NCBI GenBank assembly: GCA_051942245.1
Contig: JAVECL010000212.1
Span: 1 to 35,593 of the forward strand
DNA from: Trypethelium eluteriae
Taxonomy: Eukaryota
Length of the DNA stretch: 35,593 nt
Direction: 5' to 3'
Part shown: piece by piece, positions 21,254-31,942 of the stretch
Layout of the letters: each line of letters opens with the position of its first letter
How positions within the stretch are numbered: position 1 is the first letter of the stretch
Position numbers and translations under genes: made by a program
The notes under the pieces: model-generated
What the model was told of the DNA's origin: nothing
Seen by the model: only the letters and a program-made list of their open reading frames with translations
The model's database searches: none

Positions 21254-21844
21254 ATGACGATCCCCATCTTCCTCTACCACCCCCCACCCATCGACCAATC
21301 CCAACACCTCTTCATCCGCGTCCTCCGGGACCACCTCCGCCTCCGCGGCTTCCTCCCCCGCATCATCGACGCCTACGACGTGCACCCACAGTCCAGCGGC
21401 GGCAGCTTCAACACCGCGCGGCTCGAAGCGATCCGGCGGCTCCTCACCGAGACGGACGGCGTCATCTGCGTCGCCTTCCGCCAGACCTACATCGCGAATG
21501 GCATCAAGTTCGCCCCCCACGCCGACTACTACTCCGAGATCCCGGTGTCGCGCGAGTGGCTCGCCTCGCCCTGGGTGCACGTCGTCAACGCGATGGCGTG
21601 GCAGGCTGGCTTGCCGTTGTTGGTGCTCAGGGATAGTGATGTGATTGAGCAGGGCCCGTTGGAGGGGGGACCGGGCATTCTGGGGCTGTGGATGACGATT
21701 GATTTTGGGAGTGATGGGGAGTTGCTCGCGCAGGATCTGGTGGAGTCGCCGCAGTGGAGTACGGTGGGGGGGCAGTGGGAACAACAGTGTAGGAATGTGG
21801 CGAAGAGGAAGGGAGAGCCTAGGAGGTTGTATGAGAAGGTGTGA
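21254..21844 (+). CDS. Intronless 196-aa TIR/nucleoside 2-deoxyribosyltransferase-like (flavodoxin-fold) protein resembling a bacterial family
   Basis: Strong GC3 coding bias. Pattern IPIFL.HP - helix - LRLRGF.PR - LEAIRRLLTETDGVICVAF - SPWVH...AMAWQAGLPLLVLRD fits the beta/alpha order of TIR/NDT-like domains. Family recognised from memory only. Confidence 0.8.
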   Translation: MTIPIFLYHPPPIDQSQHLFIRVLRDHLRLRGFLPRIIDAYDVHPQSSGGSFNTARLEAIRRLLTETDGVICVAFRQTYIANGIKFAPHADYYSEIPVSREWLASPWVHVVNAMAWQAGLPLLVLRDSDVIEQGPLEGGPGILGLWMTIDFGSDGELLAQDLVESPQWSTVGGQWEQQCRNVAKRKGEPRRLYEKV

Positions 21845-21920
21845 GGGAATTGCGATGAGCTGAATACAGAATGCTTTTGGTTCTGTTACAGTAGGATTGG
21901 AATAAAGATATTTTTTTCTC

Positions 21921-23274
21921 CTACGCATAACCCTTCAAGACGGCAGCTTCAGCATTAAGGATTGAGCTCCCAGCCGCTCCGATCACGGCTACGCGGAAAG
22001 ATTCCGTCAGCTTGAGAATTTTGTTTCAGACACGGCCAATGGGGACTTACTGTTATGACTCAAAGCCACAAATTTGATATCAAACACCCCACTCTCATCT
22101 TCTCTAACACGCCCAACGCTCACCGTGTAGCCCTGACCCGTCTCCCTATCCAGCCGCGGCTGCGGTCGATCCCGCTCCTCCATAACCGCAATCGCCTGCT
22201 CGGGCGCACTTGGACATCCCACCCTCTGCGCCTCCGAAACATACTCCCTCATCGCTGCCTTCACCTCCTCCACCCCCGGCGCTGGTCGCCTTTTGAACCG
22301 CAACGAGACACACGCCGTATGCCCATCCAACACCGGCACCCGATTACAAGCCGCACTCACGCGCAACTCCTGGTCCACAAATGCCGTCGCATCCTCGTTC
22401 ATGCTCCCTAAGATCTTGCTCGCCTCGCTCTCCAGCTTGTCCTCCTCCCCGGAGATAAACGGCACCACATTGTCAAGAATGTCCATGCTGCTCACGCCCG
22501 GGTACCCACCCCCCGACACCGCCTGCATTGTGACGACCGAGACAGCGTCGACGGGGCCGAAGCGGGCCTGCAGCGCGGCGAAGGGGATGACGAGCCCGAT
22601 GACGGCGCAGTTGGAATTGCAGACTTGGAAACCGCGGGTCAGAGAGCGGGTGCGGCGTTGGTGAGGGATGAGGCCGAGGTGGGCGAGGTTGATGGTGGGG
22701 ACGACGAGGGGAACGAGGGGGTTGCGGCGGTGGTTTTTGGCGTTGGAGAAGAGGGGGAGGTTGGCGGTGACGAAGGCGGTTTCTTTGCAGCAGTAAGTTC
22801 CAAGTATGAGGATATTTGCTTTTTTTCTCTCTTCAAAACAAGTGTAGCTGGGAATGGCACAGGTTGAGGCACGGCTTTGCAGGGGGTCTCACCGACTTCA
22901 CCTGCAACATCGCTGTCTAATCCACTGAAGATGATATCGCAGTCTTGGAATTCTTCCGGTGTGCATTTTCGGACGATTAGCGCTCCCAGGTTCTTGCTCA
23001 TGGGAAGACTCTGTTTCCAATTCGTCGCATCCTTGTATCTCTTGCCTGCAGAGCGTTCAGATGCTCCCAGCGCGTGCAGGGTAAAGTGTGGGTGCGAGGC
23101 GAGAAGCAGAATGAACCGCTGGCCCACAGAGCCTGTGGCTCCAAGGACGCCTGTCAAGACGCTGGCTCAGCAGCTGATGCGGGCAAGCATAAATTATGGG
23201 ATGGAATTGAAGGACCGACCGCATTTTCGCCTGGGAAAGTCTTTTTTCTTGGAGGAGAAATGTTCGACATCCAT
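21921..23274 (-). CDS. HOM2: Aspartate-semialdehyde dehydrogenase; exons 23274-23220, 23150-22893, 22782-22051, 21988-21921 (370 aa)
   Basis: [21 protein letters not shown], catalytic [44 protein letters not shown]. Exons sum to 1113 nt. Intron 2 needs an AAG acceptor. Confidence 0.97.
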
Positions 23275-23701
23275 GTTTGTAGAGAAAAACGACGCGAGGT
23301 TTCTTGAACGTGGGGCAAATGATTTTTCAATGGGTTGTGACGCAAGGGTCCAGATGTGGGGTGACGGTGACTCCAATGCTACGATGTTAGCTACAGAGTG
23401 GCCCGTATGTGGTTTTAAATATTCCATGAACCATCGAATAGAATTCCCTGGGGTCGAGTCTGTCTATGAATCGTTCCTTGAATTGGAATAGAGAGAGATA
23501 AACATGAAGTCTTGGAAGGAAATGCTTTCAGTACAAGTCACCACTATAGCTAAATAACATGAGATCATTAGTCTATATCTGTCAATAGACATTAGCCTCT
23601 CCAGTGCGTGAGCTCTCTCTCGAACAAAACATCGACGTGTACTGTAGCGCTCCACAGTGGTTGTGATTGACCACGATTCTAACAATGTCCTCTTCCTCAC
23701 C

Positions 23702-25592
23702 TCAAAAATCCACAATCTTCCCGGGATTCATCAGCCAGTAAGGGTCTAGGGCACTCTTGATCTGCTTCATTACTCCGACAGTTGGTAGACCAAGTTCGTG
23801 CATCAAACTCTCTTTCTTACCCAGCCCAATCCCATGCTCTCCCGTACAGGTACCCTCCATATCCAAAGCCCGATCTACCATGTCGTGAATACACTTTTCG
23901 ACTCGTGCGCGCTCAGCAGGGTCCTTGGCATCGTATAAGATCGATTCATGAAAATTGCCATCACCAACATGCCCAAGCACGGACGCGAGAAGTCCCAACT
24001 CATCCATCTCTTTTTTCGAGACTTCGATGATGTCTGGGAGACGCGAAATAGGGACCGCAACGTCTGTAGACCACACATCCTGACCTTCCTTGCGTAATGC
24101 GAGCATACTCCATAATGCTTCCTTCCGAGCTGACCATAGCTCATGCTTTTCTTGCTCGCTCTGTGCGAATTCAAAATTTCCAGCTTTGTGCATCGAGGCC
24201 AGTTGTTTCACGAGCCCGATATTTTCTTGGACGCCGGCTTTTGTCCCGGAGAATTTGAAGAACATGGTGGGGACCTCCTTCCACTTCTTTGATGTGCCGC
24301 CAGCTTTATTTATTACGCCCATTTGTACATCATCCATGATTTCCATTGCAGCAATTGGAATTCCAGCCCTCAGCACCTTGGAGGCGGCCGCTGCAGCGTC
24401 GCGTATGGTTGGGAATGTCACAACAGCAACGCTTGTCTCTTGTGGAATAACCGTAAGTTTGAGCGTGATCTCTGTCACGAGCCCTAGCGTACCTTCGGAC
24501 CCGATGAAAAGATTGGTGAGATTGTAGCCAGCGGAGCTCTTCTTCGGTCTTCGACGTGTCTTAATGATAGTGCCATCGGCAAGGACGACAGTGAGATTAA
24601 CGACCCAATCCTTCATCGTACCATATCGAACAGCATTAGTTCCTGAACAGGATGTGCCTACCATTCCACCAATCTTTGCGGATGGTCCTGGGTCTACAGG
24701 GAAAAAGAGGCCTGAATCTTTGATCTGATCATTAAGTTGCATCCATGGCACGGAAGGCTGCACTACAACATCCATACTAAAGGTCAGGTGTTAGCACGAA
24801 TGTCCGAAGGAAGAGGCAGAAATCAAACGCGTGAAATAGGGATCACTGGCAATGACTCACTCATCAGGATGAAATGCTACTATTTGATCCATAAAGGAGA
24901 AGTCTATACTGATGCCCCCATGTGGTGCAAGTGAGTTTGCTTCGAGACTGGAACCTCCAGAGTACGGTACTGAAGGCTGTCAGCAAACATATACACGGCG
25001 ACTAAGATCAAGAGGACGTACTCATCGGAATCTTGTACTTGGAACAGACTTTGGCAATTTGAGATACTTCCGCAGTAGACTTGGGATACGCAATGGCAAA
25101 GGGGAGTTGGTCAGTGTTGATTGAAGACCATTCCGAGTAACCGTGATTATGGAGATCGTCATCGTCTGTGCTGATAGCATCTTGGTCGTTTAGAGATTTT
25201 CGAAGCTGGTGAATAGCCTTTGATGGATCTTAGTTCCATGTAGATATGTAGATGGTGGATGCTGGAGGCAACTTTACTTTTTCCATCTGCGTCTTGCTTG
25301 CATATTCGGGTCTCGATTCATTGGACGCTGGCTGCCTTAACCGAGCAGCGTCGCCAATACCCACATAATAGGTAATTGAGGCGGTGAATGCCGTCAGGAA
25401 CAGAACCCGATTCGTAGTCCAAAACGACCTAGATGCTCGATGTAGATGTTGTTGCGATGACTGTGATCGCACATCAAGACGAGGCACACAGCTTGAGAAT
25501 TGCCGCTTCGGGCAAGCCGGAGCCCCACGTGCCACCGTTCCAGCAGTCGCCAGGCCCTTCGCGACAGATCGCACCGAGAACCCAGCAGCCAT
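23702..25592 (-). CDS. DLD1: Mitochondrial D-lactate dehydrogenase (cytochrome), FAD-linked; exons 25592-25278, 25217-25022, 24969-24861, 24776-23702 (564 aa)
   Basis: Arg/Ser-rich presequence plus TM segment, then PYSGGSSLE, FFPVDPGPSAKIGGM, GSEGTLG, GHVGDGNFH and TGEHGIG. Exons sum to 1695 nt. Confidence 0.95.
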
Positions 25593-26723
25593 GACGCCGG
25601 TAACTATTCTCACAACTTTCTATGTGATACCGTGGAGGTGTTTGAGAAAGCAATAAGCCTTGTGAGGAACAAAGAGCGGGAGGTTTTGGCTTTGACTGAG
25701 TAGTCTACGCAAGTCCATGGTCATAAGACAGGAGACACTAGGATTTAGTGAGATCGTGGTGGGACATCGGCCTTAAATGGGAGATGTGTATTAGTGTATT
25801 AGTATGGAGCAGGATTCACCGGCTAGACGTCAGCGAGTGAGAAAATTAGGGATCTGAGTAGAAGTACATATTGTGGCCTAGCCCGAAAGGCAACCAGCAC
25901 CGAGATAGTTTGTCGGCTCATGGAGAAAGACGCTACACATGCTGGTTTCAGAGCCATATCGAGGCTTTCCTTGGTCAAATGTGCTGACTCGCCGGTGGCG
26001 TCTACAATCTGCAGAGGCGGTGTCTATGCGTTGGAGACAGATAGCCAGAGTCATGTCGTGGGGGTGGGTGCCGCAATCCTTGCTAGGCGGTGGGAGCAAA
26101 TTTTATCTTAGACAACTTAGACACCGTTGCCGTACGTGAGCGCCATCAAACCAACCCTGAGTTTACATAATGCATTCAGATGAGATGGCAGGGCTGAATC
26201 GATCTGTTGCAAGGGTACTTGCACCGCTTGGATGATGAACGTACAAAATGCGGGGAAATGCTCGTGTTGCCGGTGCCAAGAGCTCGCTATTGTAAGGTAG
26301 CCAGAGCGGTAACGTTTTCAGCCGCAAATGTTAAATCATGCACGTGAGCGCTTCTTGCTGAGGTGATCACGGATGGGTGGATGCATGCATCTTCAGATCC
26401 TATCGTTATCCGAATAGGCCGGGAGGATGGACAGGCACAAGGGGAATCGCTCGCTTACATTACTCTATTGTCACCCCTCTATTGGCAATTAGTCCCGGTC
26501 TGTCTCGTACGTATAAGCCTTGCATAAGACAGCTGCCTAAGCAGTGCCCAGTTAAGTCCCGAATGCCGCATGCTGTGAATCCTTTCGGCTATCCGGAGAA
26601 TCCGATGGTGGCCTTTAGCAGATGCTACCTCCGAGCCTGTTTCAAGGTTATTGAACTCCTAGAATGCGGTGACTATAACGTCCTAGTTGTCGAATTTCAG
26701 CCAGCAAAAAGCATGACAAGGTT

Positions 26724-26762
26724 TCAGGCACCTATCAGGCACCTATCAGGCACCTATCAGGC
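26724..26762. repeat. Perfect 11-bp tandem repeat (tcaggcaccta) x3.5
   Basis: Directly visible. A related inverted copy (taggtggctga) lies at about 26793-26803. Confidence 0.9.
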
Positions 26763-27389
26763 GGGCTGTGGCTCCTTCCGGCAGATAGGCATTAGGTGGC
26801 TGAATACAACTGCCTACTGCTGTCTTTTTCGCTGGAACTGTCGCTGTTGTCAGTACTCTGTACTTAATATCCTTTTGAAAGCGGCAGCCGTCGCACTTTG
26901 TGCCAAATTGGTGACGCTCTCAGCTTCCCGATTGGGGATGAGCCACTAATCGATGCCTTCCTAGCTCTTCCAGGATCCGCAATGCTCTTCCTTGCAATCG
27001 AGAGGATTCGTGCGCGGAGAGCAGGTAATGTGGCACGCGACTGCAGGCTATGGCATGATCTGTGTGCCCCTGAGATTTCACTGCATAGAAGCTGCAGCCA
27101 CAACATCCATTCTGCAGCCAAGAGGAGAGAGGCCAGGGTAGAGGTTTGATTGGCATAACCGAACAGAGAGCTTTGCCACCTTCGGAAGCAGATTTGACTT
27201 GCTTTTTCCTGCCTTTACAGAGAGCAGTCCAGTGTGTCTGTTCGGTTTGTAGTGGAAGAAGTGTGCCTCAGATATGGTTGCGTTGCGCAGGCAACAGGTC
27301 ATGATCGTAGACAAAGTAAAGGAGCTTCCGCGTGAGTGACATACTCTAGCCATAATCCGATCGAAGAACTCCGAAGGGCAACACCAACA

Positions 27390-30300
27390 ATGCCTTCAGC
27401 GCTCGTTCAAGAGTTGGCTGCAGAGGTCGGGCGGATTGTGAGCTCGCCATTTTCGGTCTCTCTCAAGGTGGGTAATTAATACTGATTGCCATCTGCACGT
27501 GGGTCTAGTTATGGCCGACAAAAATCGACCTAATTCGACATCGTTTCGTCCCATCCTCTTTCCGTCAACTCACCCGAAGGCAAAGCTCCCTAGTGCTACC
27601 CTGACTCGCGCACCCCTCCTAGAAAGAAACTCTGCTCTTCCATAGACCACAGTTTGCTGACAGAGTATCATTGCAGCTCCTCGAACTCCTGCTGAAGCGG
27701 TCAGATAACGATGCAGTACGGCAATGGAGCGAAGAACACCCTTGCCAACGTCGGCAGCTTTCCTCAATTGTACTGGATGTATTCCAGACCTGGCCATACG
27801 CGCTGGATATCCTAGAGAGACTAAGTGAGGCCAACCCTACTCAGAGAGAGAAGTTCAAAGAATATTCACGCCTCATAGGTCGAGCTATCGGATTTCGAGA
27901 TGCAGTCCTCGAACATGACCCGACGCTGTTACATACCTTGCTCATTGAATCCACCAAATCCATACAAAGTTATCAAAAGGTATCCAGAACTCATATCCGT
28001 CCTTTCTCCCTGACTGACGGCCGCCAGTACGGAAATGTATGCTGCGTTCTGCTGAGCCATCCTCTACCAGACACATTGCCTCTACCCGAAATCACTCAGA
28101 CTTTCGTGCTCCACGTTGTCAACCATGCAATCGATTCTCCAGGCACAGAACCTTTCATGCAGCTTCTTGCCCTCATCGATGGAGCATGTGCAGTATTGTT
28201 CAATGCACTACCGGGAGAAGTTCTCGTCCGTCTTGAGCAGAGCCTGCTAGGCGTTGTGAAATATGAAAGAGGTGGGGAGTTCTCCGGCCGGAATATTTTA
28301 TGTTTAGCACTTTTAGCTTTCCTTCTCGGACTGGACCACAGCGCAGTAAGCTCTTCTGGAAGTTCAACGTTTCAAGTTGGCCTCTCTCCCGAGTCACTCC
28401 CGTGTTCGAGCCATCGCGACCTGTCTGCAACAGCCCAGGCTTTCACCGGTACTAAAGCTTCCAAGATTGCGGAATTGATCGCTTTCTATGTCGTATTCTT
28501 ATGTAGTGATGGCTGTGGAAGCTCCCCATCTGAAGCCTCTGCTAGCATACAATCGATCATAGTGATTGCTCGGGCCCTTCCTGAAGAGGTTCGACAAGAA
28601 TGGATCCGAGTCAAGGCACAAGTTTTCCGAAAAGTGTGCGAAAAAGCTTTGCAAACGAGCACTCATCCACAAGTCCGATCCTGGACCATCGTCTTCATCA
28701 ACTCCTTATGCGGTTCTGGCAAGATGCCCCAGCAAATCCTCATTGCGTACGAATCATTGCTTCTTGATACGATTGTTCTATCCATGACACCACACGAGTA
28801 TCGTTATCTTTTGCAACATACTTTGGAGAAGATGGACTTGTCTCTGACTTCTGCATTTGCGAGTACGTTTCTTGAGCAGGCACTTTCCTTGGTGGTAAAC
28901 GGCAACGACTCCTTGGTCATGCTTGCGAATTTTCGGACATTGGCTGTTGCAGTGGTAGAGATTGCACAGGGCTCCTCGTCTTCCCGGAAGGACATACTTC
29001 TCGCTCTTTGCACAAACAAGCTCTCTCCGTATCTTACTACCTTCCTGAATTTTGTGCCTCAAATCGAAAACAAGATGGACAACTGTCTCCGAGGCGATTC
29101 GTTTGGACGACTGCTGATGAAGCAGCGCGTCGAACTGGGTGCCTTACTTTGCAGTACCTTGTTGAAGCTTGCTCTCTTGGCCCAAGGCGATGGTGACATT
29201 GGAATCAATCCCACGATGGCGTTAGCCTTGATCGATAAGCAAGCAATGCTCAACACTGTCATCGCATCTCTTACTCATCGCCATCCTTCATTTATGCCTG
29301 CCAAGGACTCAAGGTCACTGTTGCAGCAGACTTCTACGCCACGTGCACTGCAAGAGAATAACAACTGGAAAGTATTGCTGTCAAAAGAACTGCAGCGGCG
29401 AGCTGAAGATCAAGAAGATATGATCATCCAGAGTGTAGCTCAAGCGTGTCGCGACTTCGAGGAAAGGTGCGAGGATGTAGAATCGCCCCTTCGACTTCAA
29501 GAAGAGAAAACGGCGGTCCTTCAACGGAAGTACGAGGATGCACAAAATTCAGCCAGCGAGCTTGAAGTTCGATTGACAGATCAGGAATCAAGGATCAGTA
29601 GGCTTGAAACAGAGAATTCGGAATATTCTGACGCTCTTCGCGAGGCCGAGACCTTGGGGGCATCCCTGAAGGGGCGCCTAGCAGATCTTGACAAAGAGCT
29701 TCTTGAAGGCAATGAGAAACAAAGTATCAAAGTTCGCCAGATCCGAAAGGAATACAGCGATCGCGTTGTCACAGTAGAAGCAACCTTTGCTGCCAAGGAC
29801 TTAACTATCCAAACCCAGATCACTCAATTGGAAGAACTGGAGAATGCACAGCGATCCTCGAGTATGATGCTCGAGCAGAATTTGCGTGACTTAGAGGAGA
29901 GTCGTAACAGAGAGAGAGAACACAGCCAGCAGCTCCATTCCTTGCGCTCCGAACTCGAAGCTGAGAAAGCATACCTGGTGGACCAGAATGAGGCTTGTAT
30001 GGATGCCTATCGAAAGATAGATTGTATTGATCAGGACGCAAAATCAGCCAGAAGTGCCTTGTTCTCGGCCGAGACTGAAGTGCGACGACTACGCGATGAG
30101 TATCATCGGCTAGAGGAAGGATCAAGGTCTGAGATCAACGCCCTTAAAGACTCGCATCAAGCAGAGCTAAATGGCAAATTATCGCGGGTCTGTTCCTTGC
30201 TATGCCAGCATCGTTGATCGCAACTAATTCGCCAACAGATATCACAGTTAGAAGCAGAGTTCCATACTGAATTGAGGAAGAGAGAAGCGGAACTTACGGA

Positions 30301-31123
30301 AGGAAAGAGGTCGCACGAAATAGCAGCACAGCAGGCTGAAGCAAAGCTTGAAGGGTTGCGCAACGAAGTACGTGTCGAGGGCGCACCTTTATCGTATCTC
30401 CACAGATCGTAAGCTAATTACGGATAGAACACCAGACTCATGGTAGCAAAGGAAGGAAGGTAAGCAGAGCTAAGGACCGCGCACGATAAATTGCGCCAGA
30501 TTGGCGGACTTACCAACCTCCAGTCTAAGCCCAGAGAGCGGCGAGCTCGACTGCGCGCCACTGATGGCACCAAGCTCGATGTCGAACCAGCCAATCAGTC
30601 TCGTCCGCGATCTACGGCTGGAAGCACTTCATCGGAGACGCCCAGCTCTCAGACACGCTTTGTGGATACAGTGGGCTATTCCTCTATTTCTTATCCACTG
30701 GAGTTAGGGATCAAGCCAGCCATGAAGCGATCGAGTGCAATAGAGAGCTTCAAGGCTCCAGTGACAAGGTCTTCAGACACCGAGGATCCTGCAGCGAGGA
30801 CGCGAAGAACAAGCACGGGGGCGAACAGGCCTCCTTTGAAGGATGCACCAGCCAACAGGATTCCAAGCAGGTGCGTTGGAAAGCCGGACCAAATCGGTCA
30901 AGGTTATCCTGATTCTCAAAAGTTTTCGCTGGATGTATCTATTCCACCACCCAATGAGACTGAAGTATCAGATCTTGGGATGGTCCCTGAATATTCTTTC
31001 GATGAGAATGAGGTCCTTACGAGCACGGGTATTCTTAGCGCTCATAACGATGGGCATGGCGCTGGAGAGCTAGAAGATTGGGCAACTGCCGATTTTGTGT
31101 CAGAGGAACAGGAGAATGAATAG
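27390..31123 (+). CDS. Large fungal protein: helical N-terminal domain, long coiled coil, disordered Ser/Pro/acidic tail; 3' structure uncertain
   Basis: Proposed exon 1 is 27390-27467 (MPSALVQELAAEVGRIV), spliced to 27677. Likely in-frame introns at 27825-27878 and 27980-28027, then introns 30188-30238 and 30368-30427. Heptad E/Q/K/L-rich region at about 29400-30450. An in-frame TAA at 30461 needs an extra intron to reach ORF 30491-31123. Confidence 0.8.
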
Positions 31124-31942
31124 GTGGAGCTACTACACCAAGTTGTACCATTCTGCAGTGTAGCTGTCGACCTAAACTCCCATGAGGTCTTGCGCTCGCT
31201 CGATAGTGACGGCTACGTCGGTGAGGTTGTCTCGCTTTACGTGGTCCTGTGAGAATGCTTGAGATAGGATTGGTAATGATTGATTATCCCCTGGATCTCC
31301 CTGTCTCTGCAGAATTTGTAAGTGACACTTTCAGTTTGTGGCAAGTCAGATAGCAATGAGAAGAAGAAACAATCCTTGATATGGAAAGGCGCCATCAAAG
31401 TGGACATGGTCAAAAGGCTACATTGAATTGTTGATCTCGCCCGCCTGCACCTTTCCGGCAAACTCATCTAAGCACGTGCCCCACGCTGTTTGTATGCCGG
31501 CTTTGGCTTTAGAGAAACACAATCGATCTTTTGTCATCATTGACCTTCCCCTACCTCCCTTACTATTATCTTTTCGCAACAGACTTCTATAATCTGCTGA
31601 GGCTACATCGCTCGTCTGAGCTGTACCTTCATCTGGACATCTCAAGTTCATCCTTCCTGGTACTTCCTGTCCCACGACATCGTCAATCGCGACTACGACC
31701 TACTCAGGCCATCAATCAGCGAATGCGCGACGGCCAGGCGTTCAGCTGATACATGATCCTGTTCGCTGCCTGGTCCTGATACTCAGATCGTAATCGTACC
31801 AAAATCTGGTAACGATTCGTGGCGTCTGGCAACGACTCCACGACACCATCGAGGAGGACCTCTGACTTAGTTCGTGCAGAGCAGCCACACTGCCATTGAT
31901 TTTCCTTGACTACAGGATTGGCGACGGAACTTCAGCGCAATC

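Noticed and set aside
21254..21844. Bacterial contamination of the assembly
   Set aside because: The gene is contiguous with intron-containing fungal genes and shares HOM2's compositional skew.
21145..21928. Overlapping 163-aa (+) and 239-aa (-) ORFs
   Set aside because: These are shadow frames of the GC-rich TIR-like gene with low-complexity Pro/Arg/His translations.
25878..27353. Several 60-190 aa ORFs in the DLD1 / coiled-coil intergenic region
   Set aside because: They overlap inconsistently, many have non-ATG starts, and none shows a recognisable motif or convincing splice model.
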